Numbered from the stretch's first letter, positions 19,679 to 28,311 are shown. The stretch is 64,000 bases of DNA from an uncultured Eubacteriales bacterium (GCA_964538085.1 CAZIDF010000004.1:3118-67117), one strand, 5' to 3'. Notes: generated by a model from the letters alone, not told the origin. A program made the numbers and translations.

Positions 19679-20152
19679 TCACAAAGAAATACCGTTGAGA
19701 AGAAGGATGGTGATGAGTAAACCAAGAACAGCATAGGTTTCCACGAGCGCTGCCATGATCACGGGCTTCATCAGATCCTTGGGTTGTTTGGCCACCATAT
19801 AAACGCCCGATGCACAGACTTTTCCTTGGTGTATTCCGGAAACGAGACCGGTGAACGCCACCGGAAGGGCGGCGATCAAAATTTGCCATCCCTGGAAAAC
19901 AGAAGGAGAGGCCACGGTTCCTCCGGTCAATCCCAATTTCAGTATTATCAAAAAGGCGCTCAAAAATCCGTAGATTCCCTGGGTGCCGGGAAGCGCAACG
20001 AGCAGAAGAAGACTCCCGAATTTTTCCGGGTCCTCGCTCATGACCCCGCTCGATGCCTGTCCGGCAAGACCGACACCGATAGCAGAGCCCACTCCTCCCA
20101 GTATGACAGCAAGAGCCCCTCCCAATATGGCTATGGTTAATCCTAATGTCAT
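19679..20152 (-). CDS. atpK: V/A-type ATP synthase proteolipid subunit K (duplicated, 4-TM c subunit)
   Basis: 157 aa and very hydrophobic. It contains LPGTQGIYGF, SGIHQGKV and AALVETYAVLG, which match the Enterococcus hirae NtpK ion-site segments as I recall them. Confidence 0.9.
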   Translation of the reverse strand: MTLGLTIAILGGALAVILGGVGSAIGVGLAGQASSGVMSEDPEKFGSLLLLVALPGTQGIYGFLSAFLIILKLGLTGGTVASPSVFQGWQILIAALPVAFTGLVSGIHQGKVCASGVYMVAKQPKDLMKPVIMAALVETYAVLGLLITILLLNGISL

Positions 20153-20194
20153 CGTATCTACCTCCTTAATCCAGAAAAATTCTTAGAACAGGAT

Positions 20195-22105
20195 TTATAA
20201 AAATTCGACATATTTACCTTCTAATGCAAATGGTTTGAACGGTTTTCCTCCGGATTTAAAAAACTTACTGAAAAATTCCACGAATTGAAGCCGCATAGAG
20301 TGGACAAACCCACCGAGGAAACTTATTCCCAAGTTGAAAAGATGCCCCCCCACAAAAATGAGGGCAGCAAATAGCCACCCGACCCAGGGAATGCCCAGGG
20401 CCGTTTGACACAGAGTGTTCACCACCATGGCGATAACAGTGGTCGCCAACCCCAGTGCCAGCAGACGCGAGTAGGATAGGACATCTGCCAGATATCGAGA
20501 TATATCGTATAAACTGTAAAGTCCGCCAAAAAAGCGCGAGAAAGGATTTCGACTGGGCGAAGCAAAAAGCACGATCCCTGCAGCCCCGACTAGGGCGAGG
20601 ATCCCCCAGAAAGAGTGCTTCAACAACGCATACAGCACCAGAGAGGGGAGAAGAATCAGCCATCCACCCTGGACGAAGATGGCTTGAAGATAGTCTTTGT
20701 TCCTGATTCCCAAGATCAAGTTTATCAACGTCCCGAACCACACCTGAATGAATCCCAAAGCAAGAGAGAGGATGAGAAAGGAAACCGGGTCCTCCAGGGG
20801 ATCCAAAATCATCAGTTTCCGAATAGGGAATCCGAACCATCCTCCCACCAGCGTCCCGAGAATGACGGTGGCCACGCCCAATATGCCCATAAGGGTCAAA
20901 AACTGCCGCAAACCTCCTTTGGGTTTGGCAAATTTCAGGTACAAAAAACTCAGGAGAGCCACCAAAAGCCCATACCCAGCCTCACTCACTGTCAATCCCA
21001 CAAACAAGAAGAAAAAAGGAGCCAGATAGAGCGTAGGATCCAGCATACCACGCTGAGGAAGGCCGTAGAGTTTTGTAATGATCTCGAAAGGTTTTCCGAT
21101 CTTAGGATTTTCCAAGGTAATGGGCGGATCTTCTTCGGGGAGAGGAGGGCGAAAATAACATTGGACAAGATCGGAGAAAGGCATCAATTTGGCCTCGAGC
21201 CTGGGAATATCCGCGGTTTTTATCCAGCCTTCCAGAAAGATGGCTTGGCTGGTCTCTCCGAGATTTCTGGAAGCCAGTCTTTTTTCCCGCTCATTGAGCA
21301 AAACATCATGGATCCGCATCAATTGTTCTCTTGAAGGAACCAACTCTTTTCCTTTATTTTGCAGCAACAGCAGTTTTTTCTTTTGTTCCGCTTTTTCCTC
21401 CTCAATAGCCTGGATAACATCCGTGACTTTACCCTGTTCCCCTGCTTTCTTCAGTATGGTTTCGGTGAAATACAGGGGATTAAAATCCTTTTCTTTCAAA
21501 ATCTGCCGGAACTGTTCTTTCTGGCTTTTCGGAAAAACCACTAAAAGATGAACATCCCTCTTTCCCTGGGAAATGACGTGACTACAAAAGGCTTCATCTT
21601 CTGTCTCTGTCGATAATTCATTGAACGAGGCCAGGGACATGACTCCCATAACCACTTCGGTGGAATCCGTGTCGGTTACTGATTTGATGGGCAGGACCAG
21701 ATCCTGAAGAGATCGCAAAAATTCCTCTTCTTTTTCCAAAAAACGGAGGTGGGATTCGATATCATTATTTTGTTTTTCAAGATTATCGACCTGATCCAAA
21801 AGCGGAACAAAATCCTGGCAGAGGATATCTTCCCTTTCCTGGCTAGAAATTTGAGGTTTTTGCGTGAAAAGCTTTTCAGTCAATCCTTTCTTTTCCCATT
21901 GAGAGAGATAATCCAGGGCATGAGATAAACGGTGAAGCTGGTGTTCAACCGTTGTGACATCTGCGAAAGGGGTGCTCAGTCCCAGAGTTTCGAAATCAGC
22001 CTTCTCTATCTGCAAGAATCCTTCTTCCTGAAGGGAGTCGATAAAGGTTTTTTTTAAACCTACGTGGGTAACGATATGTACTTTTTGAACATCGGCAATG
22101 GACAT
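20195..22105 (-). CDS. atpI: V/A-type ATP synthase subunit I (a-type stator)
   Basis: 636 aa. It has a soluble coiled-coil N-terminal half and a multi-TM C-terminal half with LSYSRLLALGLA, which carries the essential Arg region. Confidence 0.9.
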   Translation of the reverse strand: MSIADVQKVHIVTHVGLKKTFIDSLQEEGFLQIEKADFETLGLSTPFADVTTVEHQLHRLSHALDYLSQWEKKGLTEKLFTQKPQISSQEREDILCQDFVPLLDQVDNLEKQNNDIESHLRFLEKEEEFLRSLQDLVLPIKSVTDTDSTEVVMGVMSLASFNELSTETEDEAFCSHVISQGKRDVHLLVVFPKSQKEQFRQILKEKDFNPLYFTETILKKAGEQGKVTDVIQAIEEEKAEQKKKLLLLQNKGKELVPSREQLMRIHDVLLNEREKRLASRNLGETSQAIFLEGWIKTADIPRLEAKLMPFSDLVQCYFRPPLPEEDPPITLENPKIGKPFEIITKLYGLPQRGMLDPTLYLAPFFFLFVGLTVSEAGYGLLVALLSFLYLKFAKPKGGLRQFLTLMGILGVATVILGTLVGGWFGFPIRKLMILDPLEDPVSFLILSLALGFIQVWFGTLINLILGIRNKDYLQAIFVQGGWLILLPSLVLYALLKHSFWGILALVGAAGIVLFASPSRNPFSRFFGGLYSLYDISRYLADVLSYSRLLALGLATTVIAMVVNTLCQTALGIPWVGWLFAALIFVGGHLFNLGISFLGGFVHSMRLQFVEFFSKFFKSGGKPFKPFALEGKYVEFL

Positions 22106-22108
22106 GGA

Positions 22109-22468
22109 CTAGAGGGCTCCTTTTTGGTAAGATTCTTCCACTTTTTTTCTTGTTTTTTCAACCGCATCAGATATCCGTGAACGGGTTTTTTTACGGAGAT
22201 CGGATATCTCTCCGGCGGATTCCTTTTCGATCCGTTTCCTTTCTATTTCCGCCCTGTCGATGATTTCTTTTTTTATCCCATCGGCCTTGTCTTTAGCGTC
22301 TGTCAGAAGCTGCGTTTTGATCTTCTCTGCATCCTCATAGGCATCCTGGACAATCTGGGAAGCCGTGTTTTCCCGCGCTTCTTGGATGATCTTCTGGGCT
22401 TTTTCCTCGGCTTTTTTTATTTTTTCTATTGCGTCAAAAGCATCATTACCCGGGTTGTTTTTTTCCAT
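22109..22468 (-). CDS. V/A-type ATP synthase subunit G/H-like peripheral stalk protein
   Basis: 119 aa and highly charged and helical (IEKIKKAEEKAQKIIQEARE...). It lies immediately upstream of subunit I, as in Thermus-type operons. Confidence 0.65.
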   Translation of the reverse strand: MEKNNPGNDAFDAIEKIKKAEEKAQKIIQEARENTASQIVQDAYEDAEKIKTQLLTDAKDKADGIKKEIIDRAEIERKRIEKESAGEISDLRKKTRSRISDAVEKTRKKVEESYQKGAL

Positions 22469-22488
22469 TGCAAAAACCTTTCCTTATC

Positions 22489-23325
22489 CTAGGGCAGGAC
22501 TGAGGGATGGAGATAGTAAGTCCTGAAGTCCAGTCTCTTCCTTCTGATCCCTTTCTCCAAATCCTTCAACGGAGATCTGTAATCGAACAGCGGGGATTTG
22601 AACAGCACCACGGCTCCTGCTTTAACGATATCATCCAAAAAAGAAAACTGATTTCCGTCATCCCAATGGAGCACTAGATTGCTTCCAGCTGACCGTGCAG
22701 CTAGGACGATATCCCTGATCATGGATCGAGCGTCTTCGCCATCGAGGCTCTGATCGGTTATATGTATCCAGGCGCCGTTTCCGCCTAATTCCAAAAGAGG
22801 AGTTTCGAGAGGTCCATGATGATAATAGACCAACCAACATCCACTTTTCACGCAGCTGTACGCCAATCGGGAAATCTTTTGGATATCCCGTTCTTTTTGC
22901 CTGTTGGTCACGTGCAAATAAGCACCGCTTCTCCCCACATTCAACAAGTCCGAGAAGGACAAAACATTTTCTCCTTCAGCTTCCAGCTCTCCAATGATCA
23001 AATAGGCCACCATCGCGTTCCCTTTCTCAGCAGCCGCGCTGATGAGATCAATATCCAGAACATTGGAACGCGATTCATCAGAGGTATAAAGGTCAGCCCC
23101 ATGGCTCGTGATCCATTCCAATTCGAAGGGATCGAACCGGCCGGTATCGATCAAACGGAAACGATATCTCTTGTCTCGAAATTGACGGACTGCATCAAAA
23201 AGTGTGGAAAACTCATACTGATCATCCCGCACCGTGATATTCTGTTTTTTATTGAGGAGGGCAAAAAGCTCAAAGGTTTTGTCGGGCTGAACGGCTTCTT
23301 TTGATTCATGATTTCTGTTTTTCAT
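22489..23325 (-). CDS. Hypothetical repeat protein at the head of the V-ATPase operon
   Basis: 278 aa, on the same strand, ending 20 nt before the next gene. I recognise no family. About seven 26-31-aa repeats are visible (HGADLYTS, KGNAMVAYL, RSGAYLHVT, KSGCWLVYY, GNGAWIHIT, SAGSNLVLHW, KAGAVVLFK). Confidence 0.6.
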   Translation of the reverse strand: MKNRNHESKEAVQPDKTFELFALLNKKQNITVRDDQYEFSTLFDAVRQFRDKRYRFRLIDTGRFDPFELEWITSHGADLYTSDESRSNVLDIDLISAAAEKGNAMVAYLIIGELEAEGENVLSFSDLLNVGRSGAYLHVTNRQKERDIQKISRLAYSCVKSGCWLVYYHHGPLETPLLELGGNGAWIHITDQSLDGEDARSMIRDIVLAARSAGSNLVLHWDDGNQFSFLDDIVKAGAVVLFKSPLFDYRSPLKDLEKGIRRKRLDFRTYYLHPSVLP

Positions 23326-23407
23326 CCGACATCTAATCTTTCAGGAGATTTTTTGGCTGAATTTGAGTCCCATAGTATGGCATGAAAATCGGGACAAGTA
23401 AAGCGCC

Positions 23408-23436
23408 TTGCAAAAAAAATCCCCTTCTTTTATCAT
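23408..23436 (+). promoter_or_regulatory. Candidate sigma70-type promoter for queCDE
   Basis: TTGCAA (23408-23413), a 17-nt spacer, then TATCAT (23431-23436). The queC ATG at 23456 follows GAAGGA. Confidence 0.45.
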
Positions 23437-23455
23437 CACAGAAGGACCTGTCAAA

Positions 23456-24151
23456 ATGGAACAAAACATCGTCCTGTTTTCAGGCGGAATCGACTCCACT
23501 ACAGCCTTGTATTGGTCCTATGATCACAACAAACGAACCACCGCCCTCACCTACGATTACGGGCAAAGAAACTCGGTGGAGATCTGGGCCGCACAGATGA
23601 TAACAGGCATGCTCGATATTCCCCTCAAAATCCTCCATGTGGACCTCGCCCAGATCGGGGGATCCTCCTTGACTGATCCTTCTGTTTCCCTCCCTCGATT
23701 CCATCATCTCACGCAGATAAAATCAGGGCTTCCCACGACCTATGTCCCTTTCCGGAACGGCATATTTCTGGCTTTGGCTGCAGCCTGGGCAGAGGCCAAG
23801 GATATCACAAGTATCGTTTGCGGATTTAACGTGATCGACTCCCCAAACTACCCGGACACCAGGGAAACTTTCGTGAAAGCTATGGAAGAAGCCATCAATT
23901 TGGGAACGAGCGCGGCCATGGGAGGAAAAAAAATCCACATCCTCGCTCCGTTCCAGGACATGAGAAAATCCGCGATCATAAAAAAAGGCCTTTCACTCGG
24001 GGCAGATTATTCCTATTCCCTATCTTGCTACAGCGGTTCAGAGATTCCCTGTCAGGAGTGTTCTTCTTGCTTGCTCCGCCAGAAAGCATGGAAAGAGGTC
24101 GGAACAAAAGACCCCCTATTGGTGAGGCTGGAAAAGGAAGGCAAATTATGA
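23456..24151 (+). CDS. queC: 7-cyano-7-deazaguanine synthase (QueC)
   Basis: The start at MEQNIVLFSGGIDSTTALYW places the PP-loop SGG.DS at the N-terminus. A C-terminal Zn Cys cluster is present (CYSGSEIPCQECSSC). Confidence 0.93.
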   Translation: MEQNIVLFSGGIDSTTALYWSYDHNKRTTALTYDYGQRNSVEIWAAQMITGMLDIPLKILHVDLAQIGGSSLTDPSVSLPRFHHLTQIKSGLPTTYVPFRNGIFLALAAAWAEAKDITSIVCGFNVIDSPNYPDTRETFVKAMEEAINLGTSAAMGGKKIHILAPFQDMRKSAIIKKGLSLGADYSYSLSCYSGSEIPCQECSSCLLRQKAWKEVGTKDPLLVRLEKEGKL

Positions 24152-24495
24152 GATGGATTCTGAAAGTGCGGGATAAATTCCAAGCAGCGCATTATTTAAA
24201 AGAGTATAAAGGCAAGTGTGAACGCATGCACGGCCACACCTTTCATGTGGAGGTCCAGATCGAAGTGAAGGAACTGGACAGCGCAGGCATTGGGATCGAC
24301 TTCAAGGAGATCAAACAGACACTCGCCAAAATTCTTCCTGACCACGTTCTCCTCAACGATGTGTATGATTTCAATCCTTCGGCAGAGAATCTCTCCCGCC
24401 AATTTTTCCAGCAATTGAAAAAAGAATTTCCAGTCAAATCTGTCACGGTCTGGGAATCCGATGATGCATCCGCCACATATTCTGAAGATAAATGA
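24148..24495 (+). CDS. queD: 6-carboxy-5,6,7,8-tetrahydropterin synthase (QueD)
   Basis: The ATG at 24148 forms an ATGA overlap with the queC stop. It is 115 aa and has FQAAHYL...CERMHGHTFHVEV, typical of the QueD/PTPS family. Confidence 0.9.
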   Translation: MRWILKVRDKFQAAHYLKEYKGKCERMHGHTFHVEVQIEVKELDSAGIGIDFKEIKQTLAKILPDHVLLNDVYDFNPSAENLSRQFFQQLKKEFPVKSVTVWESDDASATYSEDK

Positions 24496-25093
24496 AATCT
24501 TCCCCTCTATCCAAGGGGAAGGACTCCGACTGGGGGAACCGACTCTTTTCATCCGCTTCTCCCAGTGCAACCTGAAATGCTCTTTCTGCGACACAAAATA
24601 TGCATGGCAGACCGGACAAAAAATGACGGTTGCCCAAGCTGTGAAAAAAGTCCAAAAGATCCAGGGTTCTTTTCCAGCCGAGTGGGTGTGCCTCACTGGC
24701 GGGGAACCCCTGTTGCAGAATATCGGAGAACTGGTGCGAACCCTCAAGGCGGAAGGCTTCAAGATCCAGGTGGAAACAAACGCAACGATCCCCCCGCCGA
24801 TAGGCGTGAACTGGTACACGGTCTCCCCCAAACCACCTGACTACTTTTATCAGCCTGCCTTCAAGAAAAAAGCCAACGAAGTCAAAATTGTGGTAACAAC
24901 GGAACTGGATCTCGCTGTTTTAAAAAAACTCAGGCAGGATTTCCCCGAAAAAATCCCCCTCCTCCTTCAACCTCAATCCAACAACCAAGCCAGCAGCAAG
25001 CATGCCCTCAGGCTTCTCAAGCAAGCTCTAAAGGAAGGGATGAAAAATATTCGATTGACCGCTCAGATTCACAAAATTTTCGGCTGTCGCTAG
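24461..25093 (+). CDS. queE: 7-carboxy-7-deazaguanine synthase (QueE), radical SAM
   Basis: 210 aa. INEIFPSIQGEGLRLGEPTLFIRFSQCNLKCSFCDTKYAW is the QueE N-terminal signature with CxxxCxxC-type cluster ligands. Confidence 0.9.
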   Translation: MMHPPHILKINEIFPSIQGEGLRLGEPTLFIRFSQCNLKCSFCDTKYAWQTGQKMTVAQAVKKVQKIQGSFPAEWVCLTGGEPLLQNIGELVRTLKAEGFKIQVETNATIPPPIGVNWYTVSPKPPDYFYQPAFKKKANEVKIVVTTELDLAVLKKLRQDFPEKIPLLLQPQSNNQASSKHALRLLKQALKEGMKNIRLTAQIHKIFGCR

Positions 25094-25100
25094 ATTTGGA

Positions 25101-26021
25101 TTAGCCGACTTTTTCCTTGGCAGAAAAAATCCGGTACCCAGACCGCGTCAAATAAACCCCGGCTAAAATGATGATGGCACCCAAAGCTTGCCACCGACCG
25201 ATCTTCTCGGCGATTAAAATGGCGGCAAAAATGACAGTAAAAATCGGGACAATATTGCCGTATATGACCGTTTTGCTGTTACCGATCCTCTTGACAGATG
25301 AATACCAGGCGACATAACCGATCGCCAGAGCGAATACACCAGAAAACGCAAGCATGAGCCAAGCTTTGAGGGATATCTGACCGAAGTCCTGTTTGGAGAA
25401 GGCCGGAAAACAAAAAGGGAGATAAAAAACAGTTCCGACCGCCACCGTAAGTGAGGACCATTTAAGGGGCGATATGCGACCCAAAAGGGGTTTGGAAAAT
25501 ACCGTGTAGACAGCCCAAACGAGGTTCCCGCCAAAAATCATCATGTCCCCTTTCAGATTTTCCCATGTGAACACGAATGATCCTGGTTGTTTGGCGATGA
25601 CCAGAAAAAAACCCACAAAAGAAAGAGCAATACCGAACCAGGCTACACCATGGATTTTTTCGTGTTTGAAAAGCGAACTCAACAAGGCAACCGACGCAGG
25701 GGTCATGGCCATGATGATGGATGTGTTCGAGGCTGTGGTCAAGTTGATCCCGTGGATGAACAATAACTGATAGACGGTATTGCCGATGATCCCCAAGACC
25801 ACGAGCTTCCCGATGTCCTTTTTCGCAACGCCGAAACCTTGTTTAGTGAAAAACAGAATTAAAACCAGAATGAGAGAGGCAAAAGCCATCCGCAGGCCGT
25901 TGAAGGCCAGCGGACTGAATTCGGCCAGGGCGATCTTGACAAAGCTAAAATTGATGGCCCAAATCAATGTGACCAGCAGCATAAAAACATCTGTGACACC
26001 GAACGTTTCTTGGTTTTTCAT
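25101..26021 (-). CDS. EamA/DMT superfamily transporter
   Basis: 306 aa with about ten hydrophobic segments and the duplicated EamA architecture (FSFVKIALAEFSPLAFNGLR...). Confidence 0.85.
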   Translation of the reverse strand: MKNQETFGVTDVFMLLVTLIWAINFSFVKIALAEFSPLAFNGLRMAFASLILVLILFFTKQGFGVAKKDIGKLVVLGIIGNTVYQLLFIHGINLTTASNTSIIMAMTPASVALLSSLFKHEKIHGVAWFGIALSFVGFFLVIAKQPGSFVFTWENLKGDMMIFGGNLVWAVYTVFSKPLLGRISPLKWSSLTVAVGTVFYLPFCFPAFSKQDFGQISLKAWLMLAFSGVFALAIGYVAWYSSVKRIGNSKTVIYGNIVPIFTVIFAAILIAEKIGRWQALGAIIILAGVYLTRSGYRIFSAKEKVG

Positions 26022-26048
26022 GATGGGTCGAACGGAAAGGTCGCCCGA

Positions 26049-26468
26049 TTATTTCCTGCTTCTGGGATAATTCGCCTCTACTGTGGACATCATCCCCCCT
26101 CTCGGACTGAATTCACCGGTAATGGTCGCGCGAACTGGCCGGCAGGCCTTGACAATATCGTCAAGGATGCGATTTACCGCGTTTTCGTAAAAAATCCCGA
26201 GGTTCCTGTACCCCAACAGATACATCTTTAGAGATTTTAACTCCAGACAGTATTTGTCAGGGATGTAACGGATTTCGAGAACGCCAAAATCAGGAAGGGA
26301 AGTTTTAGGGCAGACTGATGTGAATTCGGGAATTTCGATCTTGATCTCATAATCGGGGAACTGATTTGGAAATGTTTCGATACGAGGCAGCTTTGTTCTC
26401 AGGCCGGCTTTGGCCTCCTTCTCCATTGTCACGGATATGGCTTGTTGGCTATTCTTATTTTTCGGCAT
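26049..26468 (-). CDS. queF: NADPH-dependent 7-cyano-7-deazaguanine reductase (QueF, type I)
   Basis: The start was trimmed from 26615 to MPKNKN (26468), by comparison with the length of the Bacillus QueF N-terminus. It has the catalytic Cys motif EFTSVCPKTSLPDF and the QueF motif ...YENAVNRI. Confidence 0.85.
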   Translation of the reverse strand: MPKNKNSQQAISVTMEKEAKAGLRTKLPRIETFPNQFPDYEIKIEIPEFTSVCPKTSLPDFGVLEIRYIPDKYCLELKSLKMYLLGYRNLGIFYENAVNRILDDIVKACRPVRATITGEFSPRGGMMSTVEANYPRSRK

Positions 26469-26596
26469 TTTATCCAGTATAAAACATAACGCTGGCCAGG
26501 GCAATCGCAAACTCAACCATCCCCAAAGGCGTAATTTATCACGGGAAAAAGGATGCTTACAATACTTGCACCAAACAAGACCTATCCTAAAATTTT

Positions 26597-26605
26597 TGGT
26601 ATAAT
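26597..26605 (+). promoter_or_regulatory. Extended -10 promoter element upstream of the IscU-like gene
   Basis: TGGTATAAT sits 31 nt before the ATG at 26636. No good -35 element is present, which is typical for extended -10 promoters. Confidence 0.45.
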
Positions 26606-26635
26606 GTTTTTTCAAAATAGCGAGGTGCCACCAAG

Positions 26636-27106
26636 ATGGATAAAGATAAAGATCTGGAAAAATATGCCAAAAAGCTGCAAGAACAGATCATGGAACAGAT
26701 CAAAAACATGTACACCGAAAAAACGATCGATCATTGGCAGAATCCGAGGAACTTCAAAAAAGTGGACAATCCGGATGGCTTCGCTCAATTGACAGGGTCC
26801 TGTGGCGATACCATGGAGATGTTTTTGAAAATGAAGGATGGGGTGGTCGAACAATGCACCTTCCAAACGGATGGCTGCGGCACCACCATCGCTTGCGGGA
26901 GCGCCGCCACCGAGCTTGCCCAGAATAAATCGTTTACCGAGGCACTCGGCCGCGTCTCTGCCGACGAGATCCTCAGGCAACTGGGAGGACTTCCGGAAGA
27001 AAGTGTTCACTGCGCTCAACTGGCAGCTGAAACATTACGCCGCGCTCTGGCCGATTATCTGTACCATAAAAGAACCCCTTGGAAAAAAAAATACCGGAAC
27101 ACCTGA
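26636..27106 (+). CDS. IscU/NifU N-terminal-domain-type Fe-S cluster scaffold protein
   Basis: 156 aa. The three scaffold Cys motifs are present (GSCGDTMEM, TDGCGTTIA, VHCAQLAAE), with a roughly 50-aa charged N-terminal extension. Confidence 0.85.
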   Translation: MDKDKDLEKYAKKLQEQIMEQIKNMYTEKTIDHWQNPRNFKKVDNPDGFAQLTGSCGDTMEMFLKMKDGVVEQCTFQTDGCGTTIACGSAATELAQNKSFTEALGRVSADEILRQLGGLPEESVHCAQLAAETLRRALADYLYHKRTPWKKKYRNT

Positions 27107-27139
27107 ACATCGGAAGAATATTCTTCGTTGGAGTACACC

Positions 27140-27343
27140 ATGAAAGAATGTCAAGAGAACAAAAATCTTCAAAATTGCAACTGTTCCTATGAACCTTGCG
27201 ATCGCAAGGGCATCTGCTGCGAATGCCTCCCGTATCATTGGAGCATGAAACAACTCCCGGCTTGCCTATTCCCAGATGATGTGGAAAGAACTTACGACCG
27301 ATCTTTGAGACGATTCATCGAAATCTACAGGGACAAGGTGTGA
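27140..27343 (+). CDS. Small cysteine-rich protein (8 Cys in 67 aa; DUF6485-like from memory)
   Basis: MKECQENKNLQNCNCSYEPCDRKGICCECLPYHWSMKQLPAC... has the pattern C-x8-C-x-C-x4-C-x5-CC-x-C-x12-C. An alternative ATG lies at 27128. Its stop overlaps the radical SAM start (ATGA). Confidence 0.6.
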   Translation: MKECQENKNLQNCNCSYEPCDRKGICCECLPYHWSMKQLPACLFPDDVERTYDRSLRRFIEIYRDKV

Positions 27344-28311
27344 TGCACATCTATGGTCCGGTCCCTTCCAGGCGCTTGGGCTATTCCCTGGGAGTGGACA
27401 TCCTCCCGTTCAAAACATGTTCTTTGGACTGTATTTATTGCCAGCTCGGAACGACAAATAAAAAAAAACTCCGGCGAAAAGAATATTTCGACGTGGAAAC
27501 GATTCTCGCTCAAATAAAAAGCGTTATTGAATCAGAGAGACGGATCGATACCATCACCTTTTCCGGCTCTGGAGAACCCACTCTCAATGTACAGCTTGGA
27601 AAACTCATCCAGAAAATAAAAAAAATCACGTCGATCCCTGTCACTGTCTTGACCAACAGCACCCTCCTTTCCAATAAAAGCGTGCGGGATGCCTTGTCCC
27701 ATGCAGACCTTGTCGTCCCCTCGCTCGATGCGGTGACACAAGATATATTCGAGCGAATGAACAGGCCTCATCCAACGCTCAAAGTCCGACAGGTAATCGA
27801 AGGCTTAAAAAAATTTCGCCGCGAGTTCAACGGAAAGATCTGGCTGGAGATTCTTTTTGTCAAAGGGGTGAATGATTCCCAAGCCCATCTGAAAAAACTC
27901 AAGAAAATTGTCTCTGAAATAGATCCCGACAAAATCCAACTCAACACCGTGGCCCGACCTCCGGCAGAAATATCGGCTCTCCCGTTGAGCTTTCAAGAAC
28001 TGGACGGTATCCGTAAATTTTTCGGCAAAAAGGTCGAGGTCGTTGCCGAATTCAAAAAAACCCGGCTTGGACCTGTATCCCGCCACATCAAAGAGGCGAT
28101 CCTTGCGATGGTGGCCAGAAGGCCAGTCACTGTTGCGGATATGAGCCGATCCCTAGGAAAACATAAAAATGAATTGATCAAACATTGCCAGATCCTACTG
28201 GAGGATGGAAAAATCCGACTGGTCATCCACGAGGGCCAGAAGTTCTATGAGCTAGAGCAACCAAAAAAACCAAAAAGGTCCCTAAAGGAAAAAAATGAAA
28301 CACATCGATGA
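27340..28311 (+). CDS. Radical SAM protein (single CxxxCxxC cluster) with helix-turn-helix-like C-terminus
   Basis: 323 aa. N-terminus YGPVPSRRLGYSLGVDILPFKTCSLDCIYCQLG, followed by a SAM-binding-type FSGSGEPTL. I see no second Cys cluster. Confidence 0.85.
   Translation: MMHIYGPVPSRRLGYSLGVDILPFKTCSLDCIYCQLGTTNKKKLRRKEYFDVETILAQIKSVIESERRIDTITFSGSGEPTLNVQLGKLIQKIKKITSIPVTVLTNSTLLSNKSVRDALSHADLVVPSLDAVTQDIFERMNRPHPTLKVRQVIEGLKKFRREFNGKIWLEILFVKGVNDSQAHLKKLKKIVSEIDPDKIQLNTVARPPAEISALPLSFQELDGIRKFFGKKVEVVAEFKKTRLGPVSRHIKEAILAMVARRPVTVADMSRSLGKHKNELIKHCQILLEDGKIRLVIHEGQKFYELEQPKKPKRSLKEKNETHR

Noticed and set aside
23326-23455. Looked for a preQ1 riboswitch upstream of queC, and on the minus strand at 26469-26635 upstream of queF.
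   Set aside because: I saw no short hairpin followed by an A-rich ACUA-type tail. The queC leader is too short (about 20 nt after the predicted -10). Only a covariance-model scan could overturn this.
27140-28311. RiPP interpretation: a Cys-rich small peptide as precursor and the adjacent radical SAM enzyme as a sacti/ranthipeptide-type maturase.
   Set aside because: The radical SAM protein shows only one CxxxCxxC and no SPASM/twitch auxiliary Cys cluster. There is no obvious leader/core division, peptidase or exporter, and the miniprotein looks like a conserved folded metal-binding protein. I keep it as a minor alternative within the operon finding.
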